A DNA stretch of 63,095 nt, counting the filler, from Lenisia limosa (Eukaryota; Protista; Breviatea), in NCBI GenBank assembly GCA_001655205.1. It is 9 parts of 9 records of this genome, joined end to end, with 100 filler letters (N's around TTAATTAATTAA, not from the genome) between each part and the next. Parts side by side here need not be neighbours in the genome. Positions count along the whole stretch, not along the records: positions 36,951 to 42,326 come from LPNZ01004827.1; positions 42,427 to 56,309 come from LPNZ01010637.1; 7 more parts are not named here. The stretch is one strand, 5' to 3'. How positions within the stretch are numbered: position 1 is the first letter of the stretch; every line of letters begins with the position of its first letter. Below, piece by piece: positions 36,851-48,472 of the stretch. Below the pieces are notes generated by a model, which was given only the letters and a program-made list of their open reading frames with translations, was not told where the DNA came from and searched no databases. Both the position numbers and the translations under genes were made by a program.

Positions 36851-37344
36851 NNNNNNNNNNNNNNNNNNNNNNNNNNNNNNNNNNNNNNNNNNNNTTAATT
36901 AATTAANNNNNNNNNNNNNNNNNNNNNNNNNNNNNNNNNNNNNNNNNNNNTCCATTCCCAACCAAGGTAAGCCATTGCCGCTCCGGCCTGGTCACGTCGA
37001 GTTGCATTCTGAGGTGTTAAGAGGGGGTGGTAAAACGAAGAATATTTCTATGAAGAATACTGGCGAAAGGGGAGTAAAATTGGAACATTTATAATACAAA
37101 CAAAAGAAGTCCAAAATCAACTCTGTTGGTTAACAACAACAAAACAACCAAAGCCTAGGCCAGTCGCTTCTGCAGTATCGCATCCCATCACTTAAGCATA
37201 GGAAGGGGTGGGGGGTCATAAAGCCATGAATAGAATGAGCCATCGTGTATCTCTATTCATCATTTCGACTTGAAACTCAAATGATCATATCACTAGTTGT
37301 TATGGGCTCATATGGTATACTAAAGACCGTTTACAGACAACGAC

Positions 37345-37442
37345 CTCCCCATACGGTCCCAAAAAAAGACTAAATTTCCCGATAAATCCTCGATAGATAT
37401 CGACATTTTAACCAGTCTTTTTCGAACCATAGAAAAGCTCTG
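37345..37442. mobile_element. MITE family A copy (another at about 37569-37660)
   Basis: ACGGTCCCAAAAAAAGACTAAATTTCCCGATAAATCCTCG core, ending AAGCTC. Confidence 0.7.
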
Positions 37443-38108
37443 ATTATCCCCCTTACAGAATCGCACGATGTGATGTAGTCCAAATCCCTCACAACAAACT
37501 CCGCGGTCTGAAAGCAGTTACAAATAAGTCTAAAATATCTCAATAGTATAATAAGGTTATTACCAATAGGGCATCACTTTCGAATAAATTGATAATATAT
37601 CGACAGTTTTCGATGATTTATGTCTATCGAGAATTTAAGTAGTTTTTCGAAGTGAAGCCCGAGTTAACAAACGGTCTGAAAGTATCAAACCGAAGTGAAA
37701 CCCTACAAATTAGTTACAAAATGACAAGTATAGATGAAAAAGAAAGCTAACGTGTAAATTAAAATGATGCAAAAAGATATAACAACATTCTTTAAAGCAT
37801 AATTTTAAACAAACCTCGTTTTTCAATTCTTGGGTCTTGCCATGAATACAGAGCCAAATCGATTCGGTCAATTTTTCCTGTTTAAATTAGGGTCTTCGTA
37901 ATATAGTCATACATATCTCACTCATATGATAATATAGTTATGCATATATGCATATGATATACGCTTTATTTGGCTAGTTAGTGTAAAGGCCAAATTCAAA
38001 TGTAGATATACATAATATAAATCATCTTTACACGTCATTGAGTAGGAATGTCTAATGCATATCGATATATCATCATTCCATTTATTATATCATATATATA
38101 TCATATTA

Positions 38109-38684
38109 TGTGGGTCCTCAAAGCTCCGAAAATCATTCAAAATTCACCGGACACATCAAAAATCCCAGAGAGCTTGAAGTTGACACCTTGTATAGGCCAT
38201 TGTTAGTGCTTTTTTGACAATCTGCTTCGACAGATACATAGAGAAATGTACCTCCTCATGTTCCCCAACTTTATTTTAAAAAAATAATGAGCAAATGTCA
38301 AAATTCTGTGGATTTGGTCTCCGGAGGTCCCTCTTTTGCCTTTTCACAGGATTTTTTTCTGAATCTTACCCTCTTTTAGTGTTAAGAAACAAAATTTGTA
38401 CCCCTCGGAGTAATTGGTTCCGGGTTCCCATTTGCTTTGGCTATGTAATGGTGAATTTTGTGAGAAGAATGCTCAAAATAGCACTGTCTACAAGGGTAAA
38501 CTTTCCCGGATAGTTGCCATTTATTCCTTGAATGTGGCCTTTTATAAGGGTTTTTGCGTGTTTTTGACAGTATTTGGTGAGATTACTTTCGAAAACAAAA
38601 GGGAAATAGGGTTTATGATGATTTTATAGCTGTCCGGGAGTTTTGATGTGTCCGGTGAATTTTGAATGATGTCTGGAGCTTTGA
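38109..38684. mobile_element. Non-autonomous TIR element, about 580 bp (copy 1)
   Basis: Inverted ends of about 57 bp (TCAAAGCTCC...CATCATTCAAAATTCACCGGACACATCAAAA...). High similarity to 53574-54165. Confidence 0.85.
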
Positions 38685-38719
38685 CTATACTAATATACAT
38701 GTATATACAACCCCCACCT

Positions 38720-39140
38720 CCATTTCCGCCACAAGAGCTTGACGAATTTCATTGGAAAGGTAAGGCGGTTCTAGCATATGCGGCCTTCTCTTAACTAGAA
38801 TGTCATGAAGGTAAAAAATCCCTTTGCTACAATATTATAAGACAATCTTCACCCCCTAATCCTACCCCTGGCAAAATACAGGCTGCAAAATGCGTCCCCT
38901 AGCAGAGATAGAAGCGCTTCCGTTGCCCTTAAGTCCTCATGATGTTCCTCAAGAATTTCCTGGGGATGCGGATTAGTAATGTACCCATTCACGCAAGTAG
39001 TCTTCATCGAAATTTCCTTCGTTTACCCTCCCTGACGCCAATATTATTCATCAAAATTTCCTTCATTTTACCCCCCTCTACCGCTACAGCATCGACAATG
39101 GGGCCGTCAACTAGTGAGAGCCACGACTCACTGACCTAAT
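38720..39140 (-). CDS. Hypothetical helical-repeat-like exons
   Basis: VSESWLSLVDGPIVDAVA|EILEEHHEDLRATEALLSLLGDAFCSL with plausible splice sites. No family recognised. Confidence 0.3.
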
Positions 39141-41865
39141 AGGCATAAGGAATGGAAGATATCCTTTATGATATGTTATTATCATATGTCCGACTTGCGA
39201 GTCGAAATGATGAACGAAGATAACACGAGAGTGCATTCCGAGAGTGTCAGGGTATTGAGACTTGTCGGTCAATTATCATACGAGTGGATCATATCATACA
39301 TTGAAAATGATAAAAATGCTAAAAGTGATATGGTACAACTATTTTCAAACATTCCAACGAAATGACACGCAAATATGATTGTTTATACTATATATCATAT
39401 CATATATACTACTTATTTCATACATACAATGACCGGGATAAGTCTTGACCGATTTTCCTTGATTATTATAGCATTCAACCGATTTAGCCCAACAGCAAAT
39501 CTTATATGTATGTATGTAATTTTATATCGATAACTTAAAACATAATTATCCATTCAACCCCCCCCNNNNNNNNNNNNNNNNNNNNNNNNNNNNNNNNNNN
39601 NNNNNNNNNNNNNNNNNNNNNNNNNNNNNNNNNNNNNNNNNNNNNNNNNNNNNNNNNNNNNNNNNNNNAACTAGCACACGCCTATCAAATCACAAGACAG
39701 TTTGGCAAAATCGCCCTATCTCGGGGGAGTGAAATTGAAACATTTACGAAACAAAACCCATAATAAAATATGTTGGCTAGTAATACACGAGTTGGTAACA
39801 ACAAAACAACCAAGGTCAGTCGCTTTTGCAGCACACACATCACATCACTCAGAGTATATTATATTGATCTGCTGGCGGGGGGGGGGGTGGCAAACAAAAG
39901 TGNNNNNNNNNNNNNNNNNNNNNNNNNNNNNNNNNNNNNNNNNNNNNNNNNNNNNNNNNNNNNNNNNNNNNGATGAATGCCATCCACACCATCACGCTTA
40001 TAAGAGACATTGGATTAATTACTTCATCCAATCATTTGACTTACAACTCTGCGCGCACAGCTTTCGGAATGCCTCATATATACGCCCCTACCAACCGCTG
40101 ACGGCACGACTCTTTTGTTAGCAATATTCTTGGTGGATGGTAGCGTCCAAATTTCCAAGAGCAGAGGAAGGGCGGTTCAAAATATATGTCACCAAGAGCA
40201 GAGGAAGGCTTGAGGAGGGAGGAGGGGGGGGGGGGNNNNNNNNNNNNNNNNNNNNNNNNNNNNNNNNNNNNNNNNNNNNNNNNNNNNNNNNNNNNNNNNN
40301 NNNNNNNNNNNNNNNNNNNNNNNNNNNNNNNNNNNNNNNNNNNNNNNNNNNNNNNNNNNNNNNNNNNNNNNNNNNNNNNNNNNNNNNNNNNNNNNNNNNN
40401 NNNNNNNNNNAACTGACTAAAGGGGGAGGAGGACGGATGAAGAAGCAATGCTCACGATCTACGATCCAGGTTCTCTTTTTGTCAAAAATTTCGCCCACAT
40501 CCCCTTCTTTCGTCTCTTAGCCTCTTAGTTAGTGCGCCATATAGATTTAAACCCAGATTAGCAAGAAGAAGACAACTTGCGTTGCCATTGATACGATCCT
40601 TCAATTCCCAAATACTCTCGCTTAGCGGTCTGTAACAAGCCCTCTTCGGCTTGATAGTCGACAACAACATGGCTTCGGCCACCGGCATTCCTGTAGGCTA
40701 CGGGAGGAATAGATCGCAACATTCCTTGGCGTTTTTGACACAGTTTTCTNNNNNNNNNNNNNNNNNNNNNNNNNNNNNNNNNNNNNNNNNNNNNNNNNNN
40801 NNNNNNNNNNNNNNNNNNNNNNNNNNNNNNNNNNNNNNNNNNNNNNNNNNNNNNNNNNNNTGTACATAAATTCCATTTCATCCCCCTCTTTAGTTTATTT
40901 AAGGACAACTATAACTTCACTTCTTCCCTCTTTTGAACGTAATTTGCACATTTTCTCTTTCCCAGATTCCTGATTTCTCCAAAAATCAAAGGCTATTTTC
41001 AATCTTATGATTCACCCCTACCTACATACCAATAAAAAAGAAATTTCCTGTGTAGCTGTGCTATCTATGCTCCCCGCTCATACTAATAACAATTAAATTC
41101 CCCGTATTTTTAATTTATCATCCCCCTTACTACTCATTCGTTTGTTCATCATGTTACCTGCAATTGCGGCAGCAAACATTGTAAAGCGCACCCATTTTTG
41201 GTTTACTTTCATATGGGTGAACTATCATTTCCACGCAGTGATTTTGATACCTCATATCCACTCATCATTTCGACTCGAAAATCGAACATATGGTCGTCAC
41301 ATATCTTGTGGATGGGTCTTCATTAACACCTTTATGAAAACAGATGTTGTAAATCTTTCTATACAATGTTGGACAAAAAAATGTTGTGTATCTTTTTTTT
41401 GTTTTTACCACTTTTAGGACAGGAAGAGGGTCGAGGTCCCAGCTCCCATAGCAGTGCCCGAGGTGGGGTGGGAGTAAAACAAACTGGTAAAATATCGATA
41501 GTTTTCGAGGATTTAGTGAGAAATTTGGTCATTTTTTGAACCGAAGTTAAGTCCTACGTGGGGGTTATTCCGATTGTTTCCTTTTTTCGACACAGTTTTT
41601 GCAATTTGTGAAATTGCTTTTTCTGAAGAAATTAATTGAAGACAGTTCAAATATATTATATGTTATCGGAATTGAACGTATACGATCTAATATATATGAT
41701 ATTGTTAAGCTTCGCCTTTGTTCAAGCCGTGTGAAATATTGATATTTATCGAGGATTTATCAGGATTTATCTGGAATCCAATCACATATACCAGGATATT
41801 TAGCTAGTTTACAACTTCAGTCAGATAATACCTTTTCATTTCTCATTTATATTTTACAACTTTAG

Positions 41866-42311
41866 ATTTCCGACAAGAATGAGCGAGTGCGTCAGAAAGT
41901 GATTGCTGAAATTATCAACACTGAACAAGACTTTGGTATGTGCGGGCAAATGATTGGGTGGATTCATATCATAGTTCTCAATTAAATGAAATTCAAAGTT
42001 AATTTTTCAATTCATTAAATGGAGACCTATCAAATATTTAGCGCAGATGAGAGCACGAGGGAAACAAAGCTGTCAACTTGACACTGGTACCATTATCATT
42101 TTTGCTCTTATTTTTATTATTAGGGCAAAATAGAAGTACTAATAATAATCATAATAGCCATGCTATGAATATATAATATATCATATGATATGTATTATAT
42201 ACTCATATCATGTTTAATTTCTCACGTCCCCCAGTTCGCAACCTGAAGTTAATGCAAGTTTACTTTGTTGAACCCCTGAAGGAACAAAGATCTGTCATTA
42301 TCCCAAAATCA
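41866..42311 (+). CDS. Dbl-homology RhoGEF, first two DH exons, truncated at the join
   Basis: RVRQKVIAEIINTEQDF|VRNLKLMQVYFVEPLKE matches the start of the DH domain (R..vi.Ei..TE..Yv..L...f..PL). Phase 1 on both sides of the intron. Confidence 0.8.
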
Positions 42312-42428
42312 GTGGGGGGGGGGGGGNNNNNNNNNNNNNNNNNNNNNNNNNNNNNNNNNNNNNNNNNNNNTTAATTAATTAANNNNNNNNNNNNNNNNNN
42401 NNNNNNNNNNNNNNNNNNNNNNNNNNGG

Positions 42429-43609
42429 TACGATGCCCTCATTAAGTCCACTACCAAGGGATGGCAAGTATGCTTGGGTGAATGTCAAATTGATATGTGG
42501 TGTGGGTGTGCTAGTTTATTTTACCTTGTTTTACACCTCTCAGACTCACGAGTCCTTCACCGACTGGGCCAAAAACGTCTTCATCCCCCATGTCGAGGCT
42601 GAGCGCAAGCGCCTCGGTCTCCCTCCCTCCACCTGGGCAGTGCTTGTGATGGACGGTCACTCCTCCAGATACTGCGCCATGGCCCTCATCCTCCTCCGCC
42701 TCCACCACATTCACGTCTGCAGTATGACGTTTGGCGTGGTCAAGGCTGTCCTTCACTCTTCCCTCACGTCCATCCTTGGCAAGGCTCCTCTCATCCCCCC
42801 TGGCTGCTCCAACACTATAGATATTCGTTGTCGTGTCCTACAAGCTGCTTTCCGGTATGAGTTTATTTCATTTTGTATTCAATAGCATAACACTTTTTTT
42901 TTTTGATTCAGACAAATGGTTCAGAAATCATATTGTGTTGCCTTTTCTCACCAATTCAGCGCCTTCAACATTGCCTCAGACCCCTGCCTCACCTTTGCCG
43001 CTTTCCAGNNNNNNNNNNTCTTTCACCATCCCTCTCCAGTACCCTATACTCAGCCCTCCTCACGACCGACGAGGCCATTACTGGCTTTGAGGCTGCCAAG
43101 CCCAACGACGATTCTGAAGGTGACTGGTCCCTCATCACTGCCTACATCAAGAAGCTTGACCAGAACGAGCAGAATGCCTTCCTCGTCAACCTCGAGATAA
43201 GACCCTTCCCTGGTCTGACCGTGCGCTTGTTGAGTCTCGCCCTGATTCTATGTTCCCCACTGCCCTTTCCCCGTCATCCGTGAGCGTATCCAGGTGCCAA
43301 TATCGAGGCTAACTCGATCAAGAACCTCATGGCTGACGTAAAAGTGCGTATCCTCTAGGTTAGTTGGACTTGGTTGGAGTTATTTTTTATGATCCTCTGT
43401 GATAATTTTCTCATATTCTAGTCTCTTCGCAAGGCTGAACGAGCCAAAAAGAATGCCGCTGCTGCCGAATTGGTATGGTGAGGTGACATTTCGTTGTTAT
43501 CTAGATTTTTCTTCAGGTTTACTAAATTTGTAACAATCATATGTTTTCATGCTTTCAGGGTCATCGAAACCGAAACCCAGTCCCTGCCACTGCTGAAGCC
43601 AATGCAAAC
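42429..43609 (+). mobile_element. Pogo/Tigger-like DDE_1 transposase with spliceosomal introns, probably inactive
   Basis: STTKGWQ|THESFTDWAKNVFIPHV...AVLVMDGHSS...HIHVC-SMTFGVVK. The usual PxxxxxxLQPLD block is missing. At least four GT-AG introns. Confidence 0.8.
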
Positions 43610-44160
43610 GTGAGTATGGGGTGAATTATTGTATTTTACCAATTTTGTGTTGTATCTCAACGTACTACCAAAAAGGCCGCAACGAACAAACCCAATGTTG
43701 GTTTTTTTTTTTAAGTGACAAGTATGGCTCTGTTTTTCCGGGAACGTTTGTGACTCTAATATAGGTTACCCGTGCCAAAGCTCCAGCCAAGCGCCAGACC
43801 CCAGTTCGTACTCGCGAGCTGAGGAAGTGATGTGTTTTGTTCTGTGTAATTATCTGTCTTTTCATGTATTTGAATTAGTATTCAATTCATTTTCAAATTA
43901 ACAAAAAATAAGTGGTGCTGACTGGGAGAGAACTTATTTTGAATTGAAAATTGGTGAAAATGAACGCTTTGCCAAAAAAAAGAATGTTAAAACCAGAAAT
44001 AGAACAAGAACAAGCATTATAGTATTTTCAAAAACAAGTGATTCACAGTTTTGTCCCTGATTCACAGTTTTATCCCGTGATTCATGTTTTTGTCTATATT
44101 ATACTCTATCATAGTAAAATCGCCATTTTCTCTTTTTCATTTTGAACAGGCAATTAATAA

Positions 44161-45112
44161 CATATGCTCGCGGTCCTAAATTAGGTCATTAATTGTTATT
44201 TTGAGTTTTTAAGCCGCAGAAACCAAGTTTTAGCCCAGTTTTCATCACACATTCAATTTCTGGGTTGTTTTGAGTTTTTCAAAAAAAATTGTCACTACCT
44301 AAAGGACTTGCCTTCAATGAAAAAACAACATAAAATTCCAAAAATCAGTATTTTATTAACATCTTTGACAGGTTTCGACTTTCGGGAGTTTACATAGCGG
44401 AAACAACTTTCTATAACTCGTAGCTATCGTTTGGTACGCTTTTCAAGCGAAATAGTCACGATAGGCTCGAGAATTGCTACATTTTGATGATAGCCAAAAA
44501 TCACAAATTAGATGACAGCTTATTTCCAGCCAATCTTAACCATTTTGCTTAAAAGGTATAGCAAAAGATAACTACGAGTTATAGAAAGTTGTTTCTGCTA
44601 TGTAAACTCCCTAATGTCAACCTGTCAAAGATGTGAATAAAATACTGATTTTTGAAATTTTCTGTTTTTTTTTTCAAAGAAGGCAAGTCCTTTCGGTAGT
44701 GACAAAAAATTTTACAGGAAAGTGTTGATTTATCTGCAACTTGCTTATTTAGAGTCAATTATGATGTGATATAACACCACACACTCATTACGCGAACGTC
44801 ACTGCCCTTCTCTGTTGTAAGGTATGCCGTACAGCCAAGATGCACATTGCTTGTGTAAACTTTGAAGGTATGCTTGAGGAATGTAAGAATACAATGGTTG
44901 AAACTAAGTTGACCGATATCGGTATTGCAGCTCGTAATGCGTTAACAAGCTAACCTTTTTAGTCGGAAAAAGGCATGTAATTCATCCAATTTTTTTTGTT
45001 GAAAAACTCAAAACAAACCAGAAATTGAATGTGGTATGAAAACTGGGCTAAAAATGGTTTCTGCGGCTTTAAAACTCAAAATAACAATTAATGACCTAAT
45101 TTTGGACCATAT
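44161..45112. mobile_element. Foldback-type non-autonomous element with arms of about 260 bp
   Basis: 44172-44428 is the inverted copy of 44567-44710 plus 44988-45108. An unrelated insert of about 280 bp splits the right arm. Related sequence at about 47800-48090. Confidence 0.75.
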
Positions 45113-45604
45113 GATAGTATACTATGATTTGAAGAAGAAACTGATCATTATTAATTTTACCAATTTTACCCTTTTAGGGTTTTAAGGTGGTTGTACTTTT
45201 TTGATTTTGCAAAAATTTGCAGGGTTGTTTTCCCATGAGGCCGAATTCGTAAGTGCGAGTTTCTAGTCCTCCCTCCTTGTAAGACCATCTCAGCTCTCAG
45301 GTATTCATGAGGGACCCCATCCTGGTGGCTGCGGATGAGCCCAGCCCCAGCCTTGTTATTGCGCTCATTCTCCATCCTCTTTAGCTGCGCCGTTCATCCA
45401 CTTCCAAAAAGCACTGGTGTTGAAGACTTCCTAACGGCCCATGAGCTGCAAAACCTTGGTCACTGTAGATGGCATGGTTAAGGCGTAATTAGCACAAGTT
45501 AGAAGAGAGAACAAGGAATGGGAGGACTTTAGCTTACCATTTCCCACAAGCCAATATCTCACTTTCTTTCTTCTTTTTTTGAAAGAAAGAATAACTTTAA
45601 AAGT

Positions 45605-45677
45605 GGTCAATAGGGATTTGAACTCAGGGTTACCGTGTTATAAAGGGCAGCTAGTCAATCGACTCAGCCACTCTGGC
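45605..45677 (-). repeat. Degenerate tRNA-like sequence (pseudogene or SINE head)
   Basis: A-box-like TGGCTGAGTCG and B-box GAGTTCAAATCC at tRNA spacing. The stems do not pair properly. Confidence 0.45.
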
Positions 45678-45747
45678 AGTGAATAACTACTATAAATTGG
45701 AAGATGTTTTTGATTGTTGGCGATTATTCCGGTGTTGTTACTGGGAG

Positions 45748-45826
45748 GGCATAGATGGCTCAGTGGTCCTAGTGACCGCTTGGGTATTCACTATGTCGCG
45801 GTTCGACGCCGCCCATAGCCATTTTT
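45748..45826 (+). repeat. Degenerate tRNA-like sequence followed by TTTTT
   Basis: A-box TGGCTCAGTGG, T-arm GCGG-TTCGACG-CCGC, 3' end GCCA then T5. The acceptor and anticodon stems are mismatched. Confidence 0.5.
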
Positions 45827-46140
45827 CATTCTTCTATTCTCTTCTTTTGAAGTTGAATAGTGCTGTTGACTACGGTTTTAAGTGGCCATGATGGTGTTTC
45901 GTCATTATAAAGAAGAAGGCTGGCATCTGCACCTACTTAATAGGACGAGGTCCTTCGTCACGCTTCCAGACGCAATGTGTATTTGTTTCCCTTGTCTTGT
46001 ATTCAATACATTTTCCAGCTGCGGCCGGGGACTCCGAGCACCTAGTGTGACTCAGGGAGGTGGGCGCCAAGGAGCTTGGGCGCAGAGATATGGTAATTTG
46101 TTAATGGTATCCCACAGAGCCCTATCATGTTGCTATCCAG

Positions 46141-46560
46141 TTGTTAGACATAAACACATTAGGTGGGACGTCTTCTGCTGGCCCGGCACGGGAAATCGTC
46201 ATAACAAGAGCACTGTATAACATCTTGCGCAGCGATCTGAAGGAGTCAGGGATGGATAACAAGGCTACCGAAAAGTTCACAATCCACTCAATCCGGCACA
46301 CTCGTGCTACAGTCCTTCGCAACGAAAAGAAGAGATCACCTGAAGCGGTTATGCGGGACGTGGATGGGGCTCTCTCCGACAAGCCAAGAAATACATGCAC
46401 TCATGAAGTGTCTAAGTGTTATGTATTTGTTATTATCTTCATTTGATACAATGCTTTGCCCCAGGACAAACCGTAATAAATTTGGGTTATTTTGGGGCTT
46501 TGGTCCGGATCTCAGAGAGATTTGACCAGAAAAGCCAGCTAGCTGTTCTCTTGAAACTCA
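46141..46560 (+). mobile_element. Tyrosine recombinase, C-terminal fragment (copy 1)
   Basis: KFTIHSIRHTRATVL is the HxxR motif. It is followed by a frameshifted RTWMGLSPTS segment. A near-identical but internally deleted copy lies at about 51510-51865. Confidence 0.75.
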
Positions 46561-46859
46561 ATATTTGTGTGCAATAACAAGAAGAGAAACTCCAAAAGTA
46601 TGGTTAACATCGCTTTTATTCGAGATATGGAACAATAAATATTGAACAAGCAACCTCGGGTGTCAATGTCTCTACTTACTCAGGGGGGGAGAAAATGACA
46701 CCCACAAACAAACAATGAACAATCGTATCCAAAAATAATGGTGATGCATGAAATGGTCAGCTGACCATATTTTATCATAATTCTACGAGATTCTATCAGA
46801 GACTTTCAAGTTTAGTGCACTTGTATTTTAGTGAAACCCCCTATTTACAGAAAACCTCT

Positions 46860-47790
46860 AAACCGATTGTCGGCACCCCTACCTCCACAGTATTGGCTGG
46901 GTTAGCGGCGGACTGGGCTTGGAGGGGAGAGCGCCAACGGGATCATGGTCGGAGAGGACTCGAAGGTAAAGGTGACGGAAATTCTTTGTGAATATTTCTG
47001 TCATGCTGGCCTCGTCGCCGTTAAACTGGATGTTGCCGATGGTGGGGCCTCTCTCAAGGTCCTTGGTGGTCGGGGGGGAGGAAATCGCCCATGCGGCAGA
47101 TTCCGAAGTAATCTGCGAGGTGGACTTGTTAGCCTTGTTGATGTTCAGGATCATTCTGGATAATGAGTAAGGTATGACTCGTAATCATTTTACCTTTGGG
47201 CTGCAAAACGTCCTTTGATGGATTGGGGCTGGCCATTTATGGCTGCGTATTGGGCGAGAGCGGAAATATAGCCTGAGCAGGACAATCTCCCCTTCTTTCG
47301 CGGGGAGATGTAGGCCAACCATAACAAATAAAAAAATTTTAATGTTACCAAGTATTGAGCCTTCAGACCTTGATGGAGATAGGGACAGCGAAGTTGTCAG
47401 CTTTGACCTGGGTCACACGCAAGAAAAATCCCAAGTGGCTGCTGCGAGCATGTCCTGGGCGACCTCTTCGAACCTTCTAACGGGGGTCTCGGCTTCCTCC
47501 AGGAGGGGACTAGGTGCTGGAGGGCGATGATGGCGGCCTCCTCGGGGCTTGCAGCGGGGACTGTTGGGGTGAAAGGGGTTGGTTGATTGTTTTGTTTTTT
47601 GTGGAAATAAGTGGGGCAAGAAAGGTCCCAGAAAGGGGTTCCTTCGCGAAGCCTGGGTCGAAAAGGACAAGGGGGGGGGGTTAAGAGCCTTGGCTGAGAG
47701 ATCCACGTGGGGTATCACGTTTCAGAATCTCGAAGTCAAGGATCTTGCCATCGGCGCAAACGAAGGTCAGGGCATCAGAGTACACCAAAC
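46860..47790 (-). mobile_element. YR-retroelement fragment: gag-like ORF then YR N-terminal half
   Basis: LADYFGICRMGDFL (first catalytic Arg) ...TKNF...DPVGAL at 46860-47110, homologous to 51270-51500. The Pro/Ser-rich frame at 47400-47790 resembles 50217-50804. Confidence 0.65.
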
Positions 47791-48472
47791 TTGAAATCAG
47801 TAATCACAAAAAACAACTTTATGAGTGTAATAATTAAAAACAAATATCTCATACCTTCTCGTAAAATTGTTAAGATAGGCTCAAGAAAGCAATTGCTAGA
47901 GAAACCCCTTTTTGGGGTTTTGGGCAAAACATCACAATTTTGATGACAGCTTATCTTAACCATTTTATTCGAAACACATCCCAAAAGATAGCTACGAGTC
48001 ACACAAAGTTGTTACCGCTATTTAAACTCGTGAAAGTCGAACCTTGGCAAATACAATACTGATTTTTGATATTTATCTGCAACTTGCTTGTTTAATTCCC
48101 AGATAGTGCCATGTTTGACCTGAATGTGCTAATTCGAGCATTTTTCTTCCATAATTCAGCACACAGGCAGGAATCAGTCTTCAATTACTCCGAAGGGTGT
48201 ACATTATTGTTGCTGAATATTAAATTGAGAGAAAAACATCGCGTGAAAAGGCTAGAACAACGTTTGCTCACAATTGAAGGAACATTTTGAGGATAAGTCT
48301 ATGTTTCTAGCGCAGTTTTTTTTTTTTTTTTTGATTAACCCTTATTGTGGNNNNNNNNNNNNNNNNNNNNNNNNNNNNNNNNNNNNNNNNNNNNNNNNNN
48401 NNNNNNNNNNNNNNNNNNNNTGTAACTATTTGAGAATAGTCTACTGAGATTGTGTTTTCATGACTGTTGTAG

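Noticed and set aside
12364-42326. N gaps beginning right after G-runs as a biological breakpoint pattern
   Set aside because: Short-read dropout at G/C homopolymers explains the gaps. Only the runs themselves are treated as real, and their lengths are unreliable.
45748-45821. Functional tRNA-Pro
   Set aside because: The acceptor, D and anticodon stems do not pair; kept only as a degenerate repeat.
45900-46560. Crypton-type intron-containing YR DNA transposon
   Set aside because: Some splice-like signals exist, but homologous YR pieces sit beside gag-like and DIRS-class RT/RH sequence, and the apparent introns could not be phased.
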